Source of the DNA: Planctomycetota bacterium
GTDB lineage: Bacteria > Planctomycetota > GCA-002687715 > DRQF01
DNA: 25,948 nucleotides
Direction of reading: 5' to 3'
NCBI GenBank assembly: GCA_027001995.1
Contig: JALTLO010000028.1
Location: forward strand, 1 to 25,948
Shown: piece by piece, positions 1-8,484 of the stretch
Layout: each line of letters opens with the position of its first letter
Position numbering within the stretch: position 1 is the stretch's first letter
Made by a program: the position numbers and the translations under genes
Notes under the pieces: model-generated
Told to the model about the DNA's origin: nothing
Database searches by the model: none
Seen by the model: only the letters and a program-made list of their open reading frames with translations

Positions 1-284
1 AGCCAAGCACGAGCTCGGTCCGGTTCACTGGAGCTGAAGACTTGGGCCGCCCGCACGATCCAAGCTTGTTCAGCCTCCCGGGCAAAAAGCGGCAAGCGCC
101 AGCCCGGAACCATTTGGCTTTCGGGGCACCCAAGGATGGCTTGGTCGAAATCGGAGCACTGGTAATCAAGCCATGGCAAGGTGAATCCCCAAAGGATGGC
201 TCCCACCGCCACAAGAACGAGCAAGCATGAACGTCGATGGGTGGCCAATTCTTTCTTGTTCTTCTTTCTACGCCGCTTCGCCAT
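1..284 (-). CDS. Hypothetical membrane-anchored protein, 5' part only (runs off the left edge)
   Basis: Manual translation from ATG at 284 is open to base 1: MAKRRRKKNKKELATHRRSCLLVLVAVGAILWGFTLPWLDYQ... A basic N-terminus is followed by one hydrophobic helix. It starts 9 nt after the arfB stop and is absent from the ORF track because it has no stop in the window. Confidence 0.7.
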   Translation of the reverse strand, partial: MAKRRRKKNKKELATHRRSCLLVLVAVGAILWGFTLPWLDYQCSDFDQAILGCPESQMVPGWRLPLFAREAEQAWIVRAAQVFSSSEPDRARAW

Positions 285-293
285 GCTTTTGGG

Positions 294-713
294 TTAATCC
301 CAGTCCTTTCGGCCTCGGTCTTTCTTGATATCGCCCCGCTTCTTCTTGTTGGCAAGTCGCCTTTTCTTGGAACCCAAAGAGGGCCGTGTCTTCTTGCGGG
401 CCTTTTGAGTTTTGAGGGCATCTTGAAGAATCTTGATGAATCGTTCAATTGCCAAGCGTCGATTAGCAAGTTGGCTGCGTTCACTTTGGACGTCTATTCT
501 CAAGATTCCCTCTTTGCTAAGACGATGGGCGAGCTTTTCTAACAGGCGCCGCCGACGTCTCTCGTCGAGAGATGGAGACTCTTCGACATCAAAAATCAGT
601 GTAATCTTGGAAGCCGTTTTGTTTACTTTTTGGCCGCCAGGGCCACCACCACGGTTTTGTTCGAATACGAGTTCGTCTTCTGGAATGGTCAGCGAGTTAT
701 TGATGACGATCAT
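294..713 (-). CDS. arfB: Alternative ribosome-rescue peptidyl-tRNA hydrolase ArfB (YaeJ)
   Basis: 139 aa with GGPGGQKVNK (GGQ motif), RSQLANRRLA and a basic C-terminal tail RKKTRPSLGSKKRRL..KK. Confidence 0.95.
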   Translation of the reverse strand: MIVINNSLTIPEDELVFEQNRGGGPGGQKVNKTASKITLIFDVEESPSLDERRRRRLLEKLAHRLSKEGILRIDVQSERSQLANRRLAIERFIKILQDALKTQKARKKTRPSLGSKKRRLANKKKRGDIKKDRGRKDWD

Positions 714-2641
714 GGGGTTTTGGCCTTGATCAAGTAGAGGGTTTGCCCGCTTTGACCACGGACGGTACCATCAGAATCCTCGGCATAGACGCTCCACGAA
801 AGGTATTTAGGGCTGGCGTACTCATGGGACATTTCAGGGGAGAGAGCGGGCAAGGTTAGGATGACTTGCCAAGCGCCTTCTTCGATCTGTGTTCTTGACT
901 CGATTTTGGCGATGGTGTCCACCACGCGACCTTTCGGGTTGAACAAGCAGATACGATATTGATCAGCCAGGGAACCCCCATGTTTGATGACAAAAGTGGG
1001 CACCAATGTCGTGGGTTCGCTGGGGTCGATCACCAGGGTTGCCCCATCCCCTGGGGAGAGAGCTTCGATCTGGAATGTTTCGCCGCCTGTTCCTGGGCGT
1101 GGGTGAAGCAGGTTGAATCGGTAGCCCGCCTTAGGGTCAATGAATCGCATATCCAAGACCAGGGTGTCGTCGGTCTGAGCAAACACTTGGGGAAAAGGGG
1201 TGAGAAATTCCTTGATCGGGTCGATGGTGTCTCTGAGGACCAAGCGGGTGTGAATGTCATGGTCGAGGAAGGGCCGCATTGTGGCTGGCTGCAAGCAACC
1301 TGCGGCGCTGAACCCTCCTTGAAACCAAGTCATGTGCTGGAAGTCTAAGACGACGGCTTTGTCATATTCCTTCGCATCTTCTTGGGTCATGGGTTTGCGT
1401 AGCTCCATGAGGATCTTCTCTGTTCCCCGAGCGGCTTCTACATAGAGGTCTTGCAAGTGCCAGGATACGAACATCGACGGAAGCAAGATCAGTAGGCAGA
1501 TGCCCAAACCCCATCTTTTGGATCGTTGAGCTACTATGGCTCCAAAAAGTGCCACCGCAAACATAGGCACATAGCAGCCCCGGGTGTTGATAAAGCGTTC
1601 GTCTAAGCGACTCACCAGGCTCGCCAGCACAAAGGGGCCAGTGAGGAGAGTTGAAACCAAGAAGAAGCGAGGAAAGCCGCTTCTTGCCAAGAAGAAGATC
1701 CCAAGGCCAAGAGCAGAGATTGTTCCCATCCCCAGGAGGCTCTTGAGTGCGATCCGCATTCCGTCCTGGGGAATGACAACCTCCGTAGCTGGAGCGATGG
1801 CAGTTCTCAGCCCCGTCAGCAGGTTGTCAAGGCCATGATCTCGAAGGGTGTCAGCGAAGTTCTCGCTGCCATAGGCGTTGCTCCCTAACATGTCACCGAA
1901 GACATAGGCTCGTACAGCGATGTAGGCTCCCAGGGCCACGATGGCGGTTGAGAAGTTGATGATACGTCTCTTTTTCGTGACTTCACCCTCGTTTCCCCCT
2001 GGAAGCAAATCACAGAACGCCACTAAACCGAGGAAGAAGAGGCCAGATTCTTTGCTGAGCATGGATAGAGCGGCTAAGAAGACTGGTAGCAAACAGAGAG
2101 AGCGATGCTTCCACTTGACGATCAAAGCCATGGCTCCAAAAATCCAGCATAGACTGTCGGAGCGAGCGGATGACCAATAGGCCACTTGAGTCTGCAAGGG
2201 AGAGAACAAGAAAAGGGCTCCGACGAGGATCATCTGAAGACGACCTAAGTCAGGGAATAGGGTTCTCGCCAATTTCATGGCCAAGGCTGTGCCCAGAAGA
2301 TGGAGCAATATGTTGAGCTGTATGTAGAGCTTCGGGTTGATACCGGAGAGTTCGAAGCTCAGGCGAAAGCTCAAAGGAACTAAGGGGCGATAGAGCTCGA
2401 AACGATCAGTGGCCTTGTTGTAGAAATATGTCAAGACCTCCGAGGGATCGTCGGGGTCGAAAGACGCTCTTCCTTCTGGTCCATAAGTGGCGAAGCGGAC
2501 ATTGTGAAAGTCATCGGTCAAGAAGCCGCCACCTTCAAGGGGGCTCAAAAAGAAGTATCCCAAAAGAAGCAATCCGCAGCCAATCAAGATGTCACCCAAG
2601 CAGGACTTTCTCATAGGTTGTTTATAGCACTTTCGAAACAC
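710..2641 (-). CDS. Polytopic membrane protein, GT-C fold / TMTC-like (PMT-type) glycosyltransferase with an extracytoplasmic C-terminal domain
   Basis: DD after the first TM (FLTDDF), YRPL, NILLHL, SPLQTQVAYWSSARSDSL and SKES match the TMTC/PMT-like pattern. About 10-11 hydrophobic segments. The start may be ATG at 2614 rather than GTG at 2641. The stop overlaps the arfB start (ATGA). Confidence 0.65.
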   Translation of the reverse strand: MFRKCYKQPMRKSCLGDILIGCGLLLLGYFFLSPLEGGGFLTDDFHNVRFATYGPEGRASFDPDDPSEVLTYFYNKATDRFELYRPLVPLSFRLSFELSGINPKLYIQLNILLHLLGTALAMKLARTLFPDLGRLQMILVGALFLFSPLQTQVAYWSSARSDSLCWIFGAMALIVKWKHRSLCLLPVFLAALSMLSKESGLFFLGLVAFCDLLPGGNEGEVTKKRRIINFSTAIVALGAYIAVRAYVFGDMLGSNAYGSENFADTLRDHGLDNLLTGLRTAIAPATEVVIPQDGMRIALKSLLGMGTISALGLGIFFLARSGFPRFFLVSTLLTGPFVLASLVSRLDERFINTRGCYVPMFAVALFGAIVAQRSKRWGLGICLLILLPSMFVSWHLQDLYVEAARGTEKILMELRKPMTQEDAKEYDKAVVLDFQHMTWFQGGFSAAGCLQPATMRPFLDHDIHTRLVLRDTIDPIKEFLTPFPQVFAQTDDTLVLDMRFIDPKAGYRFNLLHPRPGTGGETFQIEALSPGDGATLVIDPSEPTTLVPTFVIKHGGSLADQYRICLFNPKGRVVDTIAKIESRTQIEEGAWQVILTLPALSPEMSHEYASPKYLSWSVYAEDSDGTVRGQSGQTLYLIKAKTP

Positions 2642-2932
2642 CTGAGCCTTAGCCCGAAGAATATTCTTGTGGACGGCATCGTTTGGGGCTCAGGTCCGAT
2701 AGCAAATTGACGTTGCTCACCCAAATTCACTCTTTCCTTAGGCAGCCAATCGATGTTTCGAGGTGCATCGAGCCTCTTAATTCCTGCTTGCAGCAGAGTT
2801 GTTCGAGGAGTTGGACACCCTGTACATGGTCCTGTAGGGTAAATAGGCGCGAGAGCAATTGGGGAAGTTCTGGGGCTCATCCTTGCCCCCAAAATCTAAG
2901 TTGTTGGGCAAACACGGTTTGGTGGGAGATTC

Positions 2933-4624
2933 ATGAAGAGGGTGGAGTCCGAGAATATGCAAGCCAATGCTCTGTGGTTTATTCGGATGCGTTGGGCAGC
3001 GATCATTGTGGCCACAGCTTTGGTTCTCATGGCTACATTATGGTTCGATTTTTTGCCACCGAGACTCATTTTTCCTCTGTTGTCCATCGTCACGGGTCTC
3101 GGCATTCTCAACTTTGGCTATTCCTATCTGTCGAAGTACCCGGAGCATGCCGCCCGATCCGTAACAATGCAAATGTACGTCGATCTTTTGGCCCTCATGG
3201 GGATGTTGCATTTCTCTGGGGGGATCGAAAACCCTCTGGCCATAATCGGGCTTGTTCATGTCGTAATTGCCGGGATCATTGTGTCGCGGCGGCAGAGCTT
3301 TGTTGTGGCTGGTGTGAGTGGCGGATTGTTCGGCCTCTTGGCGTGGTTGGAGTTGACGGAAATCATTCCCCACTATACGTTCGAGATTTTTCCTCACGAC
3401 GGGGACGAAGAACTTCATGCAGCCCACGATGTGATGTACGTCATCACCCGGGTTCTGTTGCAGTTTGTCTTACTTTTCGTTTTTTGCTTCTTCGTATCTT
3501 CGATCACGCGGCGCTTGAGAGAAAGAGAGTCTCGGTTGCGCGAGATGACGATCCGGGCAATCAGGGAACGTCTGCTCCTTGAACAATCCCTGGAAACGAC
3601 AGGATCGGGCTTGCGCGTGATTGATGGCGACCTCAAGGAAATGTGGAGCAATGATCGGTGGCGTTCTCTTTTTGCTTGTTCGCCAGCGTCCCCAGTTCGT
3701 GCCGATCTTGATCATGTCGCCCGTGGCGTCATTGAACGAGGCAGCCTGATCGCATCGGAGTTCGTGGTTTCGGGGGGGGCGAAGGGAGAGAATGCGAAAA
3801 TTGTACAGGTAACGAGTGCCCGGATCGCCCCTGACTCGGAAGGAGTTTTTCTTGGTGTGCAATTGGCTCAAGACGTCACAGACGCCCACGAAATACAGAA
3901 TCAGATGATAAGGGCAGAGAAACTTGCAGCGGTCGGGGAACTGTCGGCCCAGATATCTCATGAGATAAACAACCCTGTGGGTATCATCAGCGCTAAAGCT
4001 CGCTTACTTCGTTCACGGAGAACAGAGGAAATGTCAGGGGCCGTCGCATCTGAAATCGACAAGATCATCATGTTGGCAGATCGGGTGGCAGGGGTGGCCA
4101 AAGGCTTCCTCGGTTTTGGTCGGCCTTCGCAACAGGAGCGAGTCTTGAGTGATGTCTGCACCATTGTTCAGGATGCATGTGAATTAGTGCAACACAAGGC
4201 CGACCGAAATGGCGTGGACTTAACAGTTCGATTGTCTGAGCAATGTCCAAATCTCTTAGCGAATCGGGATCAGTTGGAGCAGGTTTTCGTGAATCTTCTT
4301 CTTAATGCCATCGATGCCACCGAAAGAGATGGTACTGTTACTGTGTCGGTTTCATCCGAGATGTGGGATGCTGAAGAAAAGAGGTCTGTGGTCCAACTGA
4401 GGTTTGTTGATTCTGGAAAGGGAATTCCTGAGGGAGATGAGCAGCGCATTTTTGAGCCGTTCTTCTCAACCAAGGAAAAGGGGGAAGGAACCGGATTGGG
4501 TCTTTCAGTTTGTAAGACCCTGATCGATGAACATGGAGGCTCTCTGACGATTGAGAAGACCTCAGAATCAGGCTCGTGTTTCTTGGTTCAATTGCCGGTG
4601 AAAAACCCTTCGAGTGGAGTCTAA
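2933..4624 (+). CDS. Membrane-bound sensor histidine kinase (RegB/PrrB-like TM domain, NtrB-type kinase core)
   Basis: About 6 TM helices, WFIRMRWAAI and GGIENPL in the N-terminus. H-box SHEINNP, N-box QVFVNLLLNAIDA, G1 DSGKGI, F-box IFEPFFSTK, G2 GTGLGL. Confidence 0.93.
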   Translation: MKRVESENMQANALWFIRMRWAAIIVATALVLMATLWFDFLPPRLIFPLLSIVTGLGILNFGYSYLSKYPEHAARSVTMQMYVDLLALMGMLHFSGGIENPLAIIGLVHVVIAGIIVSRRQSFVVAGVSGGLFGLLAWLELTEIIPHYTFEIFPHDGDEELHAAHDVMYVITRVLLQFVLLFVFCFFVSSITRRLRERESRLREMTIRAIRERLLLEQSLETTGSGLRVIDGDLKEMWSNDRWRSLFACSPASPVRADLDHVARGVIERGSLIASEFVVSGGAKGENAKIVQVTSARIAPDSEGVFLGVQLAQDVTDAHEIQNQMIRAEKLAAVGELSAQISHEINNPVGIISAKARLLRSRRTEEMSGAVASEIDKIIMLADRVAGVAKGFLGFGRPSQQERVLSDVCTIVQDACELVQHKADRNGVDLTVRLSEQCPNLLANRDQLEQVFVNLLLNAIDATERDGTVTVSVSSEMWDAEEKRSVVQLRFVDSGKGIPEGDEQRIFEPFFSTKEKGEGTGLGLSVCKTLIDEHGGSLTIEKTSESGSCFLVQLPVKNPSSGV

Positions 4625-4626
4625 TT

Positions 4627-6015
4627 TTGGCAAGTACAAGACGCATCTTAATCGTCGATGATGAAGAACTCATGTTGGAGGTTTGTCGAGATAGTCTCTA
4701 CGGGCTGCCGGATGTTGAGATCGTGTGTCTGGCTGACAGTCGTCATGCCGCTCGTCGCGTAGAGTCTGAGCATTTCGATTTGCTGATTGCTGACATATGC
4801 ATGCCAGTTGTCTCTGGTGTCGAATTGCTTGCCAGGGCTCGAGCGGCAGATGAGGCCATTCGCGCTTTGATGATTACGGCGTTTCCGACGTTGGAAACTG
4901 CGGTGGAAGCTCTCAAGCTTGGAGCAGATGACTACATAACGAAACCACTGTTGCCAGATGATCTTCGCGCCACGGTTGTGCGAATCTTAGACGAAAAGAA
5001 GCTGAAAGAGGAAAATCGGCTCCTGGGGCGCCATGTAGAGCGGCCTTTCGTTCTAGAAGAATTGGTTGGAAGCAGTGCAGCGATCAAGAACATTTGCTCT
5101 ACGATTCAGCGACTGGCGAAATCATCGACGGACGTTCTGGTCACTGGCGATACTGGGACTGGCAAGGAACTTGTGGCACGGGCCATTCACAGAAATAGCA
5201 GCCGCAAAGACAAACGCTTCGTTCCCATCGATTGTGGTGCGATTCCAGAGACTCTGGTGGAGTCGGAGTTGTTTGGGCACGAGCGTGGAGCCTTCACCGG
5301 TGCGACCACAAGAAGTTTGGGACTGCTCGAGTATGCGAACGGTGGAACTGTTCTGCTGGATGAGGTTGGAGAACTCCCTTTAGTCATTCAAGCGAAACTT
5401 CTTCGCGTTCTGCAAGAACGGAAGATTCGACGCTTGGGGAGTAAAGAGGAGATAGAGCTCGATATTCGCTTGATCACTGCAACCAACCGGAATTTGGAGC
5501 AAGAGGTTAGGGCAGGGCGTTTTCGTTCTGATCTATACTACCGAATCAATGTCGCTGAGATCGTTGTGCCGCCCCTAAGGAAACGTCCCGAAGACATTCC
5601 ACTTCTCGTAGCTCATTTTGCCGAACAGTTCTCCGCTGAATCGGCCACACCTACGCCCTCTATCGACGATGGTGTTCTCGAAATCCTCTGCCGCTATCGT
5701 TGGCCAGGCAATGTGCGGGAATTGCAAAATCAGGTCAAGAGAATGCTCTCCATGGCTAGTGGTTCCGTGGTGACTGCGGATGATCTTCCTGACAAAATCT
5801 TGGAGAGAGCAAGCAACGAGGGCAGTGCCCCTGGGCGTGGTTTCTTCGCTAAGCGTGACAGTCACTTAGCTAATTTCGAGATCGACTACTTGACGGAACT
5901 CTTGGAACGCCACGGTGGGGATGTCACAAAGTGTGCGCAAGAAGCGCATATCCCTCGAGGTTCCTTCTATCGCTTTATCAAAAAGCACCATCTTGACCCC
6001 GCATCCTTCCGCTGA
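4627..6015 (+). CDS. Sigma-54-dependent response regulator (NtrC/AtoC family: receiver-AAA+-HTH)
   Basis: Receiver ILIVDDE...ADICMP...KP, Walker A GDTGTGKE, GAFTGA loop, LLDEVGE, WPGNVREL and a C-terminal HTH. Likely start is TTG at 4627 after GAGTGGAG, directly after the kinase stop (track gives 4576). Confidence 0.95.
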   Translation: MASTRRILIVDDEELMLEVCRDSLYGLPDVEIVCLADSRHAARRVESEHFDLLIADICMPVVSGVELLARARAADEAIRALMITAFPTLETAVEALKLGADDYITKPLLPDDLRATVVRILDEKKLKEENRLLGRHVERPFVLEELVGSSAAIKNICSTIQRLAKSSTDVLVTGDTGTGKELVARAIHRNSSRKDKRFVPIDCGAIPETLVESELFGHERGAFTGATTRSLGLLEYANGGTVLLDEVGELPLVIQAKLLRVLQERKIRRLGSKEEIELDIRLITATNRNLEQEVRAGRFRSDLYYRINVAEIVVPPLRKRPEDIPLLVAHFAEQFSAESATPTPSIDDGVLEILCRYRWPGNVRELQNQVKRMLSMASGSVVTADDLPDKILERASNEGSAPGRGFFAKRDSHLANFEIDYLTELLERHGGDVTKCAQEAHIPRGSFYRFIKKHHLDPASFR

Positions 6016-6023
6016 ATTTGATC

Positions 6024-6071
6024 TGTCACAATCTTGAGATTCTGTCGCAGGATTGAGTCACAATCTTGGGA
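6024..6071. promoter_or_regulatory. Candidate upstream activator (enhancer) sites for the sigma-54 activator
   Basis: GTCACAATCTTG occurs exactly at 6025-6036 and 6057-6068, with a related TGTCGCAGGATTGAGT at 6043-6058. Each resembles an imperfect TGTC-N8-GACA dyad, about 100-150 bp upstream of the -24 element. Confidence 0.6.
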
Positions 6072-6170
6072 AACATGGATCTCCTCATGGGGCTCCTTGC
6101 CCCTTCATATTCTCAATAACTCTATTCTAACTAATAACTTATGGACACGCGTTGGGGTCAACGCGTGAGG

Positions 6171-6186
6171 CGGCACATGGGTTGCG
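6171..6186 (+). promoter_or_regulatory. Sigma-54 (-24/-12) promoter for the redox operon
   Basis: CGGCACATGGGTTGCG fits YGGCAC-N5-TTGC with exact GG-N10-GC spacing. It lies between the sigma-54 activator gene and the ATG at 6265. Confidence 0.75.
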
Positions 6187-6207
6187 AATCTCTTCGACGA
6201 TCGTCGT

Positions 6208-6223
6208 TGGCACTCCAATTGAC
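6208..6223 (+). promoter_or_regulatory. Second, variant sigma-54 promoter-like element
   Basis: TGGCACTCCAATTGAC has a perfect -24 box and TTGA instead of TTGC at -12. Confidence 0.4.
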
Positions 6224-6264
6224 TTCCAATTGTAAGCAACGACGGCTGAGATTGGAGAAGAAGC

Positions 6265-7575
6265 ATGAAACGTCATGGAAGGCTTCGAGGGAGCATCATG
6301 ATACCTGCAATCCTCATGATTGTGGTGTTCACGGGTTCTTTTGCCCGGGCTCAAGATAGTGTGAGTCGAGAAGAATTTGATGCGCTCAAGGCTAGCTACG
6401 AAAACCTACTGAGTCGATTTAACAACATGTCGACCGATTTTGATGCTCTCAAGGAAGAGGGCTCGACGTCAGAATTGCGGGAAGAGCTTGAGGAGCTGAT
6501 TGAAGAAATTGAACAGGTAGATCTCAAAGCAATTGCCGGTCGACCAGGAACAACAGGTTTTCTGGCTGCGGGATTCGCCACAACCGGTTTTGTCGACTTC
6601 GATGACAATGACTCGACTTTCGGAGCGTCCTTCACTCCGGTGTTCCTTTGGAAGTTTACCGACAACTTGATGGTTGAAGCCGAACTCGACCTCAGCCTCG
6701 GTGACGGAACCACTGAGGTTGAACTCGAGTACATTCAGATCCTTTACACCGTCAATGACTACGTCACCGTCGGCGCAGGAAAATTCCTGACTCCGTTCGG
6801 AATGTTTTGGGAGCGATTGCATCCAAGTTGGATCAACAAACTTCCTGACGCTCCTTTGTCCATGCGTCACACGGGGCTTGTGCCACCCACGACAGTTGGC
6901 GTGCAGGTCCGAGGCGTCATCCCAATTGACTCGATGAAGCTGAATTACGCTTTCTTTGTTGGAAACGGCCCCAGTTTGGCGACGGAAGATCTCGATCACT
7001 TGGGCAATCTTGAGTATGAGAACTTCATTGACAACAATGGCAATAAGGCTTTCGGTGGTCGCCTTGGCTTTCAACCATTTCCCGAACTCGAGATCGGATA
7101 CTCCGCCTACTTTGCCAAAGTCGGTTCCAGCGGCAGTGAATTCAGAAACGTCGATGCCACCTTGCATGGCCCTTATTTGGCCTACGTGAGCCCAATCCCG
7201 GCTCTCGCTGGTTCTATCGATGTTCGCTTTGAGTGGACTTGGTCCGATGTCGACGACGCAAGCTACGACCTCGGGGGTACTGTGACGCCACCCATTGTGT
7301 TTGATAACCGGAGAAGTGGTGGATACGCCCAAGTGGCTTATCGCCCATCTCTCAGCGGTGTTTCGTTTCTTGAGGATCTTGAGTTCGTCTTCCGCTTCGA
7401 TCGGATCGACAATGCAGCTGGGCACCCAGACGCGATTGATCGCAACGGATACACCGTCGGACTTAACTATTGGCTTGAACCAAACTCGGTGGTGAAGCTC
7501 GCCTTTCGGTTTGATGATCCTGAGGGCGGTGAAAAGAACGACGGTCTGATGATTCAATGGACAGTTGGCTTCTGA
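6265..7575 (+). CDS. Outer-membrane beta-barrel (porin-like) protein with an acidic N-terminal coiled coil
   Basis: Signal peptide ending ARA-QD, acidic heptads (SELREELEELIEEIEQ), many amphipathic beta-strands (VTVGAGKFLTPFG, GGRLGF, YTVGLNYW) and a terminal Phe (IQWTVGF). RBS GGAG. Confidence 0.85.
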   Translation: MKRHGRLRGSIMIPAILMIVVFTGSFARAQDSVSREEFDALKASYENLLSRFNNMSTDFDALKEEGSTSELREELEELIEEIEQVDLKAIAGRPGTTGFLAAGFATTGFVDFDDNDSTFGASFTPVFLWKFTDNLMVEAELDLSLGDGTTEVELEYIQILYTVNDYVTVGAGKFLTPFGMFWERLHPSWINKLPDAPLSMRHTGLVPPTTVGVQVRGVIPIDSMKLNYAFFVGNGPSLATEDLDHLGNLEYENFIDNNGNKAFGGRLGFQPFPELEIGYSAYFAKVGSSGSEFRNVDATLHGPYLAYVSPIPALAGSIDVRFEWTWSDVDDASYDLGGTVTPPIVFDNRRSGGYAQVAYRPSLSGVSFLEDLEFVFRFDRIDNAAGHPDAIDRNGYTVGLNYWLEPNSVVKLAFRFDDPEGGEKNDGLMIQWTVGF

Positions 7576-7592
7576 TCTAGGAGGAAAAAACG

Positions 7593-7895
7593 ATGAATAC
7601 GAAACGAAACACAACACGATGGATCGTAAGTCTCTCCGGGCTCATGATGCTGATACTGGTGATTTCACTCACAGCCTGTCAGTCAACTGCGGCGGACGGA
7701 GAGATGGACGACTCCGACGAAATGGGGGCATCCGAGATTTGGGAGAGAAACTGTGCACGCTGTCATAACATTCGATCCCCTTCCACATTGAGCGACAAAC
7801 AATGGGAGACCGCAGTGATGCACATGCGGGTCCGAGCAAATCTGACTCCAAAAGAACAAAGACTGATCCTTGAACTGCTCAAGGCAGGAAACTGA
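7593..7895 (+). CDS. Monohaem c-type cytochrome lipoprotein
   Basis: Lipobox LTA-C (Cys29), CARCH haem motif and W..AVMHM with a candidate Met/His axial ligand. Strong RBS AGGAGG. Confidence 0.88.
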   Translation: MNTKRNTTRWIVSLSGLMMLILVISLTACQSTAADGEMDDSDEMGASEIWERNCARCHNIRSPSTLSDKQWETAVMHMRVRANLTPKEQRLILELLKAGN

Positions 7896-7908
7896 AAAGG
7901 AAAAAATC

Positions 7909-8427
7909 ATGAACGCTACAAGACTCACAATTATCTTTGCATTGAACGCTTTCCTGTTCTGCACAGCAGCCAGTGTCGGGACCGACTCGATGCAGGAAAA
8001 GCGGAAACCATGGCGTGTACCAAAGCGAGCTCTTCGCATGAAGAACCCGGTTAAGCCCAGTGTCAAAGGACTGGCCTTGTCCAAGAAACTCTACATGAAG
8101 GAATGTGCCTCTTGTCATGGGAAAGACGGGAAAGGAAAGGGATCTGCGGCCAAGGGGCTTGAGGTGAAACCAGCAGACCACACGAACCCAGACATGAACA
8201 AAGAAGTTGATGGATCGATTTTTTGGAAGATCAGAATTGGACGTCAGCCAATGCCTTCCTTCCGCGGCAAACTCAAGAAAGAGCAGATGTGGGGATTGGT
8301 CAACTACATCCGGACATTGCACAAGAAGCCAGCGACCTCGAAGGACAAGAAGAAACCGAAAGTCGACAAGAAGAAGCCAGCAAGCAAAGGAGAGAAAAAG
8401 AAACCAGGGACCAAAGGTTCCAATTAG
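7909..8427 (+). CDS. Exported class I monohaem cytochrome c with a Lys-rich C-terminal tail
   Basis: Signal peptide from ATG 7909 (RBS AAGGA; track start 7870), NPV..., CASCHGKDGKG, distal MPSF and W.LVNYIRTL. Confidence 0.9.
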   Translation: MNATRLTIIFALNAFLFCTAASVGTDSMQEKRKPWRVPKRALRMKNPVKPSVKGLALSKKLYMKECASCHGKDGKGKGSAAKGLEVKPADHTNPDMNKEVDGSIFWKIRIGRQPMPSFRGKLKKEQMWGLVNYIRTLHKKPATSKDKKKPKVDKKKPASKGEKKKPGTKGSN

Positions 8428-8484
8428 CACAGTAGATCGATCTCGAATTGACCAATCGCTAATCGGTCGGAAAAGGAGCTTATC

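Noticed and set aside
2642..2932. ncRNA in the divergent intergenic region (TCGATG...CATCGA dyad near 2750-2771)
   Set aside because: Short dyad only, with no known RNA family signature; probably ordinary divergent promoters
2683..3582. 299-aa plus-strand ORF overlapping the kinase
   Set aside because: Alternative frame over a well-supported gene; Arg/Ser/Cys-rich composition with no motifs
6018..6031. FNR-like box TTGATCTGTCACAA
   Set aside because: Right half (CACAA) departs from ATCAA and is better explained as part of the repeated enhancer motif
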